Shown: piece after piece, positions 45,488-54,203 of the stretch
How positions within the stretch are numbered: the first letter of the stretch is position 1
Layout of the letters: each line of letters starts with the position of its first letter
DNA from: a virus
Virus record (IMG/VR): IMGVR_UViG_3300045988_169460
DNA: 64,000 bases
Reading direction: 5' to 3' (one strand)
Notes under the pieces: generated by a model
Database searches by the model: none
Seen by the model: the letters and a program-made list of their open reading frames with translations, nothing else
What the model was told of the DNA's origin: nothing
Made by a program: the position numbers and the translations under genes

Positions 45488-45517
45488 ACATTTATCAAAT
45501 CAAAAGGAGATGTAAAA

Positions 45518-46687
45518 ATGTTAAATTGCAAAATTTGCGGTAATGAAATTAGTGGAGCTTATACAATTTATCAAAAAGACGGAGTAGAATATCCAGCACA
45601 CATTGAATGTGTCGAAGAAAACAAGCAACATTGTGATGAGTGCAATAAGTTTTTTGATAGAGAAGATTTAAAAACTACAACATTAGGAAACCATTATTGC
45701 CCAGATTGTTTGTCTGAAAAAACTGTAGTTTGTGGAAAATGCGGTAAACACGTAGAAAATGCACCATTGAAAAGAGTAAATAGTGTATCTTATTGTCAAG
45801 AGTGCTTTGAACAGAAATGGGTATATTGTGTAAAATGTGGTAAAAGGGTTTTAAGAAGCAGAGCAAAAAATTTAAATAATACACATTATTGCGCTTCATG
45901 TGCTAGTTCTGTTGTTAAGGTAGAAAATTATAGTTACAAACCTACCCCTATATTTTGTGGTGTAGATAGTTCTCGTTATTTTGGTATTGAAGTCGAAACT
46001 GAGGGCAGAAAAAGTAATCTTTATGCAGAAGAAATTATTGGAGGTTCAAAAATTTTCTATGCAAAACATGATGGCAGTTTAAATAATGGAATTGAATTTG
46101 TAAGTCATCCTTGCACTCTTAACTATTGGAGAGAGGAATCCAAGCTTGATGAATTTTGTAAAAGAGCGATTGGTTTAGGATTTAACTCTCATAAAACTAC
46201 TTCTTGTGGATTGCATGTTCATATTACTAAATCTACAGTAGAAAGGGAAGCTTTTGAAAAAGTGCTTCTGTTTTTAAGCAATAACTGGGATGATGTGGTG
46301 AAATTTACACGCCGTAAAAGTTCCAGCATTAATAGATGGGCGGCTAATAATTTAGGGGATGCACCAATGATTAAAACTTGTACTCTTGCACAAAAAATGA
46401 AATTAGTAAAAGAGTATTCTTCTGGCAGTCGTTATGTAGCAGTAAATGAAACATCTAAGACATATGAATTCCGTATTTTTAGAGGAACTTTAAAACCTGA
46501 AACTATTTTAGCTTGCATTGAGTTTTGTGATGCTCTTATCAATTTATGTGCTAGTTTGCCTTTTGCAAACATTGAAACAGCTAATTTTAATACTTTAATA
46601 GAATTTGCAAAACCTAAAGGATGCTATAAAGAGCTTGTAGAATATTGGGAAACTCGAACAATGAAGAAGAATGTTGTTATTGAATAA
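45518..46687 (+). CDS. amidoligase (glutamine-synthetase-like carboxylate-amine ligase family) with four N-terminal zinc-ribbon repeats
   Basis: repeated CxxC...CxxC units; YFGIEVETE, KHDGSLNNGIEFVSHP, GLHVHI, YEFRIFRGTL core. Confidence 0.65.
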   Translation: MLNCKICGNEISGAYTIYQKDGVEYPAHIECVEENKQHCDECNKFFDREDLKTTTLGNHYCPDCLSEKTVVCGKCGKHVENAPLKRVNSVSYCQECFEQKWVYCVKCGKRVLRSRAKNLNNTHYCASCASSVVKVENYSYKPTPIFCGVDSSRYFGIEVETEGRKSNLYAEEIIGGSKIFYAKHDGSLNNGIEFVSHPCTLNYWREESKLDEFCKRAIGLGFNSHKTTSCGLHVHITKSTVEREAFEKVLLFLSNNWDDVVKFTRRKSSSINRWAANNLGDAPMIKTCTLAQKMKLVKEYSSGSRYVAVNETSKTYEFRIFRGTLKPETILACIEFCDALINLCASLPFANIETANFNTLIEFAKPKGCYKELVEYWETRTMKKNVVIE

Positions 46688-46723
46688 AAAACTTTTATAC
46701 TTAAAGAAAGCAGAGTGATATAA

Positions 46724-47332
46724 ATGTGTATTGTAATTTACCAACCTAAAGGAAAGCAAGTGCAAAAAGCAATTTTACAGAAAGCATTTGAAAACAATCC
46801 TGATGGTGCAGGATTTATGGTTCAAAAAGATAAAGAAGCACCATATATGATGAAGGGATTTTTTGATTTTGATAAATTTTATAAATCATATCTTCCATTT
46901 TCTAAAGGGGATTATAACGTAGCAATTCATTTTAGAATTGCTACACATGGAACAGTAAACAAAGATAACTGTCATCCATTTAAAATTTCTTCTGATATTG
47001 CTGATACTGTTTTATTTAATGGCAGGGCAGATTCGCTGATAATGCATAATGGCATTATTAGTAGCATTATGACACCAAGAAATCTGCCATATAGTGATAC
47101 AATGAATTTTATTGCAAAGATTTTATGTTGGATGAAAGACCTTAAATCTAAAGATTTGACAGAAGTATTAAAAAACCTCGAAAGTTATTCAAAGTTTTGT
47201 ATAATGAGAAAAGGATTTGACCCCATTCTAGCGGGGCTTTTTATTGAAGATAGAGGTATTTTTTATAGCAATTCAACTTATAAATATAGTTATGTTAATA
47301 CTTTTCAAAATTGTAAAACTTATTTAAATTAA
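46724..47332 (+). CDS. class-II (Ntn) glutamine amidotransferase-like protein
   Basis: MC start, NPDGAGF, HFRIATHG, NCHPF; paralog of 42338. Confidence 0.7.
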   Translation: MCIVIYQPKGKQVQKAILQKAFENNPDGAGFMVQKDKEAPYMMKGFFDFDKFYKSYLPFSKGDYNVAIHFRIATHGTVNKDNCHPFKISSDIADTVLFNGRADSLIMHNGIISSIMTPRNLPYSDTMNFIAKILCWMKDLKSKDLTEVLKNLESYSKFCIMRKGFDPILAGLFIEDRGIFYSNSTYKYSYVNTFQNCKTYLN

Positions 47333-47343
47333 GGAGGGTAAAA

Positions 47344-47646
47344 ATGGAAACGAGAAATTATATAAGCGAAGAGCTTTTTCAAAAAATGAAAGAAGCTTTA
47401 ACTAAAAATGATGATACATTTTGTGATTTTTCCAGTGATGTAACTGTTATGTTAACTGTTCCAAAAACTTTAAGTAAATTTACAGTTTCCAAGAAAGTAT
47501 TTCGTATTCGTATTAAAGATAATTGGTTTAGTGTAGATGCAAAAAGATTAAAAAGTCTCTCCTATGCGATACTAAATAAAAGATTAAATAGAACAATATT
47601 AGCGGCAGAAGATGCTCCTGATGAAATCATTGCTTTTTGCGAATGA
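47344..47646 (+). CDS. hypothetical protein
   Basis: ATG after AGGAGGG. Confidence 0.5.
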   Translation: METRNYISEELFQKMKEALTKNDDTFCDFSSDVTVMLTVPKTLSKFTVSKKVFRIRIKDNWFSVDAKRLKSLSYAILNKRLNRTILAAEDAPDEIIAFCE

Positions 47647-48089
47647 AAACATTTAGAGGAATAATGGAAGTATCGTCACAAGTGTGCATAGGGGATATTT
47701 TTAATCCAAATCTTGTATTTGATACTTCCAAAGGTATTTATAAATGTTATGTAGAAGAAGAAAATGCTGAAATTATAGCAATATATCTAATAAAAGAAGG
47801 ATATAAAAATCCTGAAATAACAAATAACTATTCTATCATTCTTAGTCCTTCAACTTTTATTGGATTTTTTAACAACGACTACAGTACAAAAAAAGCACAA
47901 AATATCAAAGAAGCAAGTCAATATGAATTACCTAAAGAATATGTAATAGAAAACGCATTAAAAAATTCAATTATAAATTTGCCTATTGTAACTTTAAAAT
48001 ATTTTGTAGCCTGTTTAAAAACAAAAAATTATGTATTATATAGAGGCAAGCATGGATTTAAAATAGCGAAATTGGAGGAGTGCTTATGA
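47643..48089 (+). CDS. hypothetical protein
   Basis: ATGA overlap with the upstream stop. Confidence 0.5.
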   Translation: MKTFRGIMEVSSQVCIGDIFNPNLVFDTSKGIYKCYVEEENAEIIAIYLIKEGYKNPEITNNYSIILSPSTFIGFFNNDYSTKKAQNIKEASQYELPKEYVIENALKNSIINLPIVTLKYFVACLKTKNYVLYRGKHGFKIAKLEECL

Positions 48090-48493
48090 TAGAAACTTAT
48101 CAAAGCTCAAATGACATTAGTTTTGGAGATGTATTTAAATTTGTAAAAGATTGCTATTATAAAGGCATGAGAATTCCTAAAGGGACTTTAGCTACAGTAA
48201 CTTTTTCTATACCTTATAAGGGTTATTGGACAGTAAAAGTAAATGAAGTAATGGTTCAAGTCAGAGAAGATGATATAGTTTTCCATGCTTCTTTGAAGGA
48301 TTGTTTAAAAGTAGGGACAGTAGTATCATTTTACAATATGGGTAAAAAAGTAAAAGGAGTAATTGAGAATTTAGAAAATACTAAAGAGGCTAAGATTATT
48401 ACAGGACATAATTGTTATGTCGTTTTACCTCTTACAAGACTTTCTTTACTTCTACCAAGAACTAAAGATTGGTCTTACGTAAAAAAAGATTAA
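48086..48493 (+). CDS. hypothetical protein
   Basis: ATG 5 nt after GGAGGAG. Confidence 0.5.
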   Translation: MIETYQSSNDISFGDVFKFVKDCYYKGMRIPKGTLATVTFSIPYKGYWTVKVNEVMVQVREDDIVFHASLKDCLKVGTVVSFYNMGKKVKGVIENLENTKEAKIITGHNCYVVLPLTRLSLLLPRTKDWSYVKKD

Positions 48494-48497
48494 TTAT

Positions 48498-48597
48498 ACA
48501 GCAAATAAAGATTATTATTAAAGTATCTAATACACATTATAGACGTGTATTTTAAAACTTAATAAATTTAATCTTTATTTGCTGTTTTTATTTTTAT
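48498..48597 (+). terminator. large nested hairpin followed by T-runs
   Basis: 15-bp outer stem ACAGCAAATAAAGAT / ATCTTTATTTGCTGT enclosing a 6-bp inner hairpin, then TTTTTATTTTTATT. Confidence 0.55.
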
Positions 48598-48664
48598 TAA
48601 AATGGAGCAGAAAATAACAAATGCACATTATTTTAAACATACCTTTCAGACGCATATATTTGAC

Positions 48665-48727
48665 CTCTGAGGAGTTTTATAGAGTTTTAGGGAGGATTAC
48701 TCTTGCGAAGAATAAAACTCCTCAGAA
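48665..48727 (+). other. extended hairpin displaying GGGAGGA in its apical loop (possible small RNA or regulatory element)
   Basis: 15-bp stem TCTGAGGAGTTTTAT / ATAAAACTCCTCAGA plus inner 5-bp stem AGAGT/ACTCT; loop TTTAGGGAGGATT. Confidence 0.35.
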
Positions 48728-48753
48728 GTGAAATTTGAGCATTAAATTAAAAG

Positions 48754-48782
48754 TTGACAATAGAAATTGAGTATGGTATAAT
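48754..48782 (+). promoter_or_regulatory. sigma-A-type promoter
   Basis: TTGACA, 17-nt spacer, TGgTATAAT. Confidence 0.7.
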
Positions 48783-48799
48783 AAAGGCGAGGTGAAGAT

Positions 48800-48958
48800 A
48801 TGGAAAAATTAACAAAAGTAATGAAAAATGGAAAGCTTTATAGAATTTTATTAAATGTTAGTGGTTATTGTATTATTCAAGATTTAGAAACAAATGCGAT
48901 TGAATTTGCAGATGAAAAAGAATTGGATTTTAAAGAAGGAGTGAATGAAAATGATTAG
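48800..48958 (+). CDS. small protein (52 aa, below ORF-track cutoff)
   Basis: ATG 6 nt after GAGGTGA, first ORF after the promoter. Confidence 0.45.
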   Translation: MEKLTKVMKNGKLYRILLNVSGYCIIQDLETNAIEFADEKELDFKEGVNEND

Positions 48959-49248
48959 TCCGTGGACAATTTATTGGTTAGGAGTTTTAGAGTCTTTACA
49001 GAGCACTATTTTTATAATTTTAAGTGTATTTACTATAGTGCTTGTTATACATGGAATAAATGAACTTACAAAAGATTCAGAAGAAAGAAAGGACATCAAC
49101 ATATTAAAAAAAAGGCATTATAATTTGGTTGGTTATGATATTTGTGATAAGCTTTATTCCATCAAAAGAGACAGTAAAGAAAATGTATTTGATTGATAAC
49201 CCAACAAGTAAAATGACTCTTGAAGTATTGGAGGCTGTAAAAGAATGA
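48945..49248 (+). CDS. membrane protein needing a 1-nt frame change at an A8 tract (paralog of 5677-6054)
   Basis: frame 0 to 49113, then the frame reached by dropping one A reads GIIIWLVMIFVISFIPSKETVKKM..., matching the paralog ...FIVPSKETAYKM... Confidence 0.55.
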
Positions 49249-49496
49249 TTTTGACTATAATGATTCCTTTTAATATTGGAGATAAAGTAAAGGCTTCAGA
49301 AGTATATTTTCTAAAGCCTTTTTGTACTGTAAGTGACATTCAAAACGCTGATTCTTTCAGGGAAGTATTAGTTATAGATGTTAAAAATAATATCAAAGGT
49401 AATTTGCAAGTTTTAGTTGAACTTTCTGATTTAACGAGGAGATGGATTCCGATTTGGATTATTCGTTTATGGGGGCAACTATATGATGAAATTTAA
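49245..49496 (+). CDS. hypothetical protein
   Basis: ATGA overlap with the shifted frame of the upstream gene. Confidence 0.5.
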   Translation: MILTIMIPFNIGDKVKASEVYFLKPFCTVSDIQNADSFREVLVIDVKNNIKGNLQVLVELSDLTRRWIPIWIIRLWGQLYDEI

Positions 49497-49743
49497 ATAT
49501 GAGAAAGCAACAGATATTTTACCTATCAATGGTGTTTTAGCTTGTACTATTAATGGATTATTAGAGAAAGATTTATTTAAGAAGCTTATAGAGAAATCGT
49601 CATTAGAATATACAGAGCAGGAAGTAGATAAAAGTTATATTTATCGCATTAGTGTCACTACTTCTAAAGATTTAGAAAAGACATATTCTTTAGTTCATTC
49701 ATTTGGGCTTTATTTAGGCGAATTTAATACTTTAAGGATGTGA
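49483..49743 (+). CDS. hypothetical protein
   Basis: ORF packed on same strand. Confidence 0.5.
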   Translation: MMKFKYEKATDILPINGVLACTINGLLEKDLFKKLIEKSSLEYTEQEVDKSYIYRISVTTSKDLEKTYSLVHSFGLYLGEFNTLRM

Positions 49744-49749
49744 AATAAT

Positions 49750-49917
49750 TTGATAAAAGAATTTAAAGTAACAATTAAAAAAACAGTTGAATATACTACT
49801 TATTTAACTCTTAATCATTTACAAGATGCTTATGAAGAAGCCGAGCGGGAAATGGATAGATTAGATATTAGTGAATATGAAGAAGTAGATAGTGAAATAA
49901 CAGTGGAGGAGCAATAA
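49750..49917 (+). CDS. small acidic protein, DpnD/PcfM-like (55 aa)
   Basis: TTG start; KVTIKKTVEY...EEAEREM pattern similar to 59921 and 60524 ORFs. Confidence 0.4.
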   Translation: MIKEFKVTIKKTVEYTTYLTLNHLQDAYEEAEREMDRLDISEYEEVDSEITVEEQ

Positions 49918-49918
49918 A

Positions 49919-50101
49919 ATGTTGTGCTATAAAGATATGTCATTTTGTTCTGCTAGCTACAAAGAAGCAGAAAAACCTTGTATTTGCACTGAATGTTTTA
50001 GGCATTTAAGCAAAGTTCCTGAAAATTTGCCTGATTATATGCCAGTAGCTGTATCTGATTTCTCTAAAGAATGTGAGGAATACAAATATGCGAGAATTTA
50101 A
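49919..50101 (+). CDS. small Cys-rich protein
   Basis: C...C.C..C pattern. Confidence 0.5.
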   Translation: MLCYKDMSFCSASYKEAEKPCICTECFRHLSKVPENLPDYMPVAVSDFSKECEEYKYARI

Positions 50102-50327
50102 AATAGGAGACAGTGTTTTAATAAGAACAGATTTAGTAGTAAATCATGTATATAGGACTAATAATGGTGCTCAACGTGCTTATTTTGCAAAACAAATGAC
50201 AAAGTATAAAGGGAAGAAATTATTAATAGTAGGCAAGGATTATAAAGGTTATATATGTTCTTATAACGAAGAAGTTCTTGGTTGGACTTTTGTAAATGAA
50301 ATGTTTGAAGATATTGAATGGGAATAA
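50088..50327 (+). CDS. small protein, EWE tail, family C
   Basis: FKIGDSVLIRTDL...GWTFVNEMFEDIEWE. Confidence 0.6.
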   Translation: MREFKIGDSVLIRTDLVVNHVYRTNNGAQRAYFAKQMTKYKGKKLLIVGKDYKGYICSYNEEVLGWTFVNEMFEDIEWE

Positions 50328-50333
50328 GAGGTA

Positions 50334-50362
50334 TTGACTTTTAAGCTTTATTGTGGTATAAT
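50334..50362 (+). promoter_or_regulatory. sigma-A-type promoter
   Basis: TTGACT, 17-nt spacer, TGgTATAAT. Confidence 0.65.
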
Positions 50363-50382
50363 AAATTCATAGGAGAAATGAA

Positions 50383-50589
50383 ATGACAAAAGTTGAATTA
50401 TTTAATAAATTTTTAGAGGATAGTGATGCAACAATAACAATATCTTTCTTATTCTGTAAAGAAAATTATGGTTTATTTTTCAAACATAGAAATTTAGCTT
50501 GTATCTTATCTTTATGGCATTTTCAAATTTTAATTCATAAAGGAGATTTATTAAAATATTGTTCAGAAAAATTAAAGGAGCGTAAATAG
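50383..50589 (+). CDS. hypothetical protein
   Basis: ATG after AGGAGA. Confidence 0.5.
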   Translation: MTKVELFNKFLEDSDATITISFLFCKENYGLFFKHRNLACILSLWHFQILIHKGDLLKYCSEKLKERK

Positions 50590-50591
50590 AA

Positions 50592-50918
50592 ATGGAAACA
50601 GTACAATTAGAGCAAATAGCAAATAACTTAATAGCTAAATTAGAACCAGCATGTGTAGAAGTATTAAATCAAGGAGCAAATTTTGTAGCAACAGAAGCTT
50701 TATATTTAGTTATTATAAACATTGTATTTTTTATGGTTTGTTTTATTGGCATTTGGCTTGCTTCAAATATAAGAGATACAGATATTCAAGAAGTTACAAT
50801 AGCCGTACTTTTAGTAGGTGCTCTTTTATCAGCGGCTAATTTTCTCTTAACTTTTTCGCATAATATGGCTACAATTCAATATCCTATGGGGTATTTAATA
50901 GTAAATGTATTAAAATGA
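50592..50918 (+). CDS. membrane protein
   Basis: two to three TM segments. Confidence 0.55.
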   Translation: METVQLEQIANNLIAKLEPACVEVLNQGANFVATEALYLVIINIVFFMVCFIGIWLASNIRDTDIQEVTIAVLLVGALLSAANFLLTFSHNMATIQYPMGYLIVNVLK

Positions 50919-50928
50919 GGTGATAAAA

Positions 50929-51213
50929 ATGAATTTTGAAAAAGCGTTAAAAAAAGTAAAAGACATCGTATGGAAATGGCAGTTTTCTGAAAAGAGAGAG
51001 GCATTTATTCAGGTTATAGTAGCCGCTCAAAAACAAATTCCAAAATTAGCAAAAGTAAGTGTAGTACCTCAATATATTGAAGGAAGGGAAATGCCTAAAT
51101 TAGTTCCTGTAGATGTACGTTGTCCTGAATGCGATTCTATAGTATCCATAAGAGATAATTATTGTTCAGATTGTGGGCAAGCTCTTAGTTTTGATTTTAA
51201 GGAGGGGCATTAA
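50929..51213 (+). CDS. zinc-ribbon protein
   Basis: CPECDS...CSDCG; ATG 6 nt after GAGGTG. Confidence 0.5.
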   Translation: MNFEKALKKVKDIVWKWQFSEKREAFIQVIVAAQKQIPKLAKVSVVPQYIEGREMPKLVPVDVRCPECDSIVSIRDNYCSDCGQALSFDFKEGH

Positions 51214-51626
51214 TGTATAGCAAGTATATCCAACAATTTTTAGAAGATAATGATTTACAAGCAGGTGAAAAATTTTATATTTTGGGAGAAGATGGTGAGG
51301 AATTAAATGGCAAAAGTAACTATTATTTTAAAATAAATCCAGAGAGCACACTTGATATTTTAAAATGTGATAGTGATAGAACTTGTCAGGATTTTGTTTT
51401 ATTAAGATTATTGACTGAAAAGTATAAAGTGAAGAAAACACCTTTTCATCCTAAAAAACATGAAACGTTTTATTATGTAACTGTTCAAGGAGATATTGAA
51501 GAAGAAGACTTTTATGAGGGATATACATTTCATTATTTATTATGTAAACTAGGAAAATGCTATAAGACTTATAAGGAAGCAGAAAAACATGTAGAAGAAG
51601 ATGTTAAATTTTATAAAAATATGTAA
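51213..51626 (+). CDS. hypothetical protein (paralog of 7631 and 60959)
   Basis: first ~22 codons nearly identical at nucleotide level to the minus-strand gene 60959-61372. Confidence 0.6.
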   Translation: MYSKYIQQFLEDNDLQAGEKFYILGEDGEELNGKSNYYFKINPESTLDILKCDSDRTCQDFVLLRLLTEKYKVKKTPFHPKKHETFYYVTVQGDIEEEDFYEGYTFHYLLCKLGKCYKTYKEAEKHVEEDVKFYKNM

Positions 51627-51640
51627 AAAGGGTGAAGAAT

Positions 51641-51799
51641 ATGACAAAACAAGAAATTATAGACTTTATTAGAGAAGCTATTGAGTTAAAAAATAAAACA
51701 GAAGGTGTATTAACTACCACTCAATATAGACATGTAGAAGAATTTGTTGATATGTGTGAAGATTGGGTAAATTATCTAAATAGAATTGAAAGGAACTAA
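51641..51799 (+). CDS. small protein (52 aa, below ORF-track cutoff)
   Basis: ATG 7 nt after GGGTGAAG. Confidence 0.4.
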   Translation: MTKQEIIDFIREAIELKNKTEGVLTTTQYRHVEEFVDMCEDWVNYLNRIERN

Positions 51800-51802
51800 G
51801 AT

Positions 51803-52156
51803 ATGTGGTTTTCATTTTTTAAAAAAGACAAAGAAATAGAAGAACATGCAGAAAAATTAAATACATTATTTAAACATACGTGTCATTATGAAAGAATTGG
51901 AGTATATTTTAAAGAAATAGAATCTATAAGTACAGATTTAGTAGTTGTATATGTTATAGAGATTTTAAAGTGTCATTTTTGCGGTAATATGGTAGAAAAT
52001 GTTTTAACAAAATCTATATATAAAGTTGATAAAGAACGTGAAGATTTAATAAATTATATAAACTCATTAACAAAACATAAAATACCTTCTGAATTAAAAT
52101 ACAAACTTGACAATGAGGGGAAATATCTTTATGGACAATATAACTCTATTAAATGA
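51803..52156 (+). CDS. hypothetical protein
   Basis: ORF packed on same strand. Confidence 0.5.
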   Translation: MWFSFFKKDKEIEEHAEKLNTLFKHTCHYERIGVYFKEIESISTDLVVVYVIEILKCHFCGNMVENVLTKSIYKVDKEREDLINYINSLTKHKIPSELKYKLDNEGKYLYGQYNSIK

Positions 52157-52505
52157 ATTTAGAAATCTTATAAAAGAAGTAAAGCAATTAGAAAGTATAT
52201 ATGAAGCGGAAATAAATGAAATGGACAAAGCCTTTGGTGATATAAGGCACTTTTGTGAGCTAGATTACCCTGTAGAACGTAAGGGAAAAACGAAAGTAGT
52301 AAAACTTATCAAAGAGTGTAGTGATAAGCGTAGAAAGGCAAAAGACAATTTAGAAATATTAAAGCCACTTATAGCATATATTGATGCACACCCTAAATTT
52401 GTGCAAGATATAGGAGTGGTGGCAAATGAAATGAAAAATATAGAAAGAAAACAACATGGGAGAATATATAGACCGAGGATATTAAAAGAATTATTTAGTG
52501 AGTGA
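52131..52505 (+). CDS. hypothetical protein
   Basis: internal ATG preferred over the track start. Confidence 0.45.
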   Translation: MDNITLLNEFRNLIKEVKQLESIYEAEINEMDKAFGDIRHFCELDYPVERKGKTKVVKLIKECSDKRRKAKDNLEILKPLIAYIDAHPKFVQDIGVVANEMKNIERKQHGRIYRPRILKELFSE

Positions 52506-52511
52506 TAATAA

Positions 52512-52976
52512 ATGATAATATTAAAGAAAACGGAAAGAATAATAAAAGTTCCTACAATGCTTTCTACATCACAACAAAGAAAAAATGATATATTAGTTGA
52601 TTTATTACATCGTGCATACCCTTCAATAATACAAGGAGTATTATTACAGCGGTTAAAGAAATCTGAATTAGGAATAATAATGATGTCTCTAACATGGAGA
52701 GTGGCAGGGGTAAGATATGTACAGCTATCAACAAATTATGGAGCCTCTTTAGTAAAGAGAGAGCAAGCATATAGAAGTATATGCAAAGTAGAGATAAATA
52801 GAGAATTAATGAGAGATTTATTTTATAGTTTCGCAAATTTTTTTATTTATGATTTTTCTATAAGTGATTATAATAGAATATTTAAGGATTTTCTTTATAC
52901 AGGCGATTGGTTTGAAGATTTACATACTTATTTAGGTTATTATATTCGTTATATGAATTTAAAGGAATGGGAGTAA
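52512..52976 (+). CDS. small protein, EWE tail
   Basis: ends NLKEWE with AATGGGAGTAA. Confidence 0.55.
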   Translation: MIILKKTERIIKVPTMLSTSQQRKNDILVDLLHRAYPSIIQGVLLQRLKKSELGIIMMSLTWRVAGVRYVQLSTNYGASLVKREQAYRSICKVEINRELMRDLFYSFANFFIYDFSISDYNRIFKDFLYTGDWFEDLHTYLGYYIRYMNLKEWE

Positions 52977-52981
52977 GAAAA

Positions 52982-53461
52982 ATGCAACTAACAAAATTAG
53001 ATACTGAACATTTATTGAATTATTTAGTAGGAGAAACTAGAGATGTACAGCTCGTTAACTTACAAATAGTATGTGATATTTTAGAGAGGTTTACAGGGAT
53101 AGAAGAGCATATGCCAGGGTTTTTATCTAATTATTTTATGGCTAAGGTAAAACTAGCATTTAGAAGACCTTTAAAAAAGGGTGATTTAGTAATAGCTAGA
53201 AGACGATTTTTAGGAAAAAATAATATTGCTCTATGTGAAGGGGCTGTATGTGAAGTTTTAGAGATATTAGAAGGGCGTAAATTAGCTGTAAGGAATATTC
53301 ATACTAAAATGCCAATAGAAGCTCCAGAAGATTGTTTTAAGCTTTTAGGTGTAAAAGAGGAATGCTGGTCAGAAGAAGAAGAGATAATAGCAAAATATGC
53401 TAAGGCATTTCCAGATTGGGGATTAATGGCAGAAATAGCGAGAGAAAAAAGGGGTGACTAA
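52982..53461 (+). CDS. hypothetical protein
   Basis: ATG 8 nt after GGGAG of the junction motif. Confidence 0.55.
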   Translation: MQLTKLDTEHLLNYLVGETRDVQLVNLQIVCDILERFTGIEEHMPGFLSNYFMAKVKLAFRRPLKKGDLVIARRRFLGKNNIALCEGAVCEVLEILEGRKLAVRNIHTKMPIEAPEDCFKLLGVKEECWSEEEEIIAKYAKAFPDWGLMAEIAREKRGD

Positions 53462-53463
53462 AA

Positions 53464-53646
53464 ATGAGATATATGGAAATAGAAGAAAAATATATGAATA
53501 GACTGACAAAAGAGATAAATGTGGCGGCAAAATATGGGTGGGAAGTAGTAACTACAATTTTCAATGGAGAAAAGTATATAGCATTATTAAGAACAGAATC
53601 GAATGAAAGTGTATATAAACCAGAAACATTTAAGTTTAGAGTTTAG
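53464..53646 (+). CDS. small DUF4177-like protein
   Basis: AAKYGWEVVT...KYIALL pattern, similar to 59626-59754. Confidence 0.45.
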   Translation: MRYMEIEEKYMNRLTKEINVAAKYGWEVVTTIFNGEKYIALLRTESNESVYKPETFKFRV

Positions 53647-53677
53647 AAAAAAGGGCGGGAAAGAATAAATAAAATAC

Positions 53678-53706
53678 TTGACAATGAGAATAATAAGTGA
53701 TATAAT
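53678..53706 (+). promoter_or_regulatory. sigma-A-type promoter
   Basis: TTGACA, 17-nt spacer, TGaTATAAT. Confidence 0.7.
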
Positions 53707-53740
53707 ATAGACAAGAGGTAAGGAAAAGGAGATTGATATT

Positions 53741-53923
53741 ATGAAAAAATCATATCAAGTATTTTATTGGATTAAAGCTAATAGACAAGAAACATTAAAT
53801 CACATTTTTATCATGGCGAATAACGCAAAAGAAGCATGCAGAAAATGTAAAGAATTAGTATTAGAAAGAACAGGAAGAGATGCTTTTAGACCCACAGTTA
53901 ATAGTCCATATCCTTATAAATAA
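53741..53923 (+). CDS. hypothetical protein
   Basis: ATG after AAGGAGA. Confidence 0.5.
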   Translation: MKKSYQVFYWIKANRQETLNHIFIMANNAKEACRKCKELVLERTGRDAFRPTVNSPYPYK

Positions 53924-54163
53924 TGAGGGGAAACACAAGGGCGGGAAAATAGGTGAAAATAAGAGCGGGAAGAATATATAAGAAGTATATAGCTAAGAAT
54001 AGTATTGATATAGAACATATAGTAGTAAGAGGGTAAAAGAAATAATATTTTATCTGTAACTATAGAAGAAATAAGATATGATTATAAGAACAAAGAGTTA
54101 TAATTTGTATAATGCAATTCTGTGCTTACAAAAAAGAAATATTATATAATACACATTTGTATT

Positions 54164-54203
54164 TTTGTATAATACTTATTCATAAATTTGTATAATACTT
54201 ATT
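54164..54203 (+). repeat. tandem 17-nt direct repeat TTTGTATAATACTTATT (period 23) within a TTTGTAT-rich tract
   Basis: copies at 54164-54180 and 54187-54203; related TTTGTATAATGC at 54104-54115. Confidence 0.6.

Noticed and set aside
52104-52140. Promoter-like TTGACA inside ORF 51803-52156
   Set aside because: No TATAAT-like hexamer at 17 +/- 1 nt, and it lies within coding sequence. The -35-like boxes at 56794 and 56856 also lack good -10 elements.
54104-54203. TTGTATAAT units as a stack of extended -10 promoters
   Set aside because: The TG abuts TATAAT without the usual single-base spacer, and no -35 boxes are present. Their regular spacing fits repeats or iterons better than promoters.
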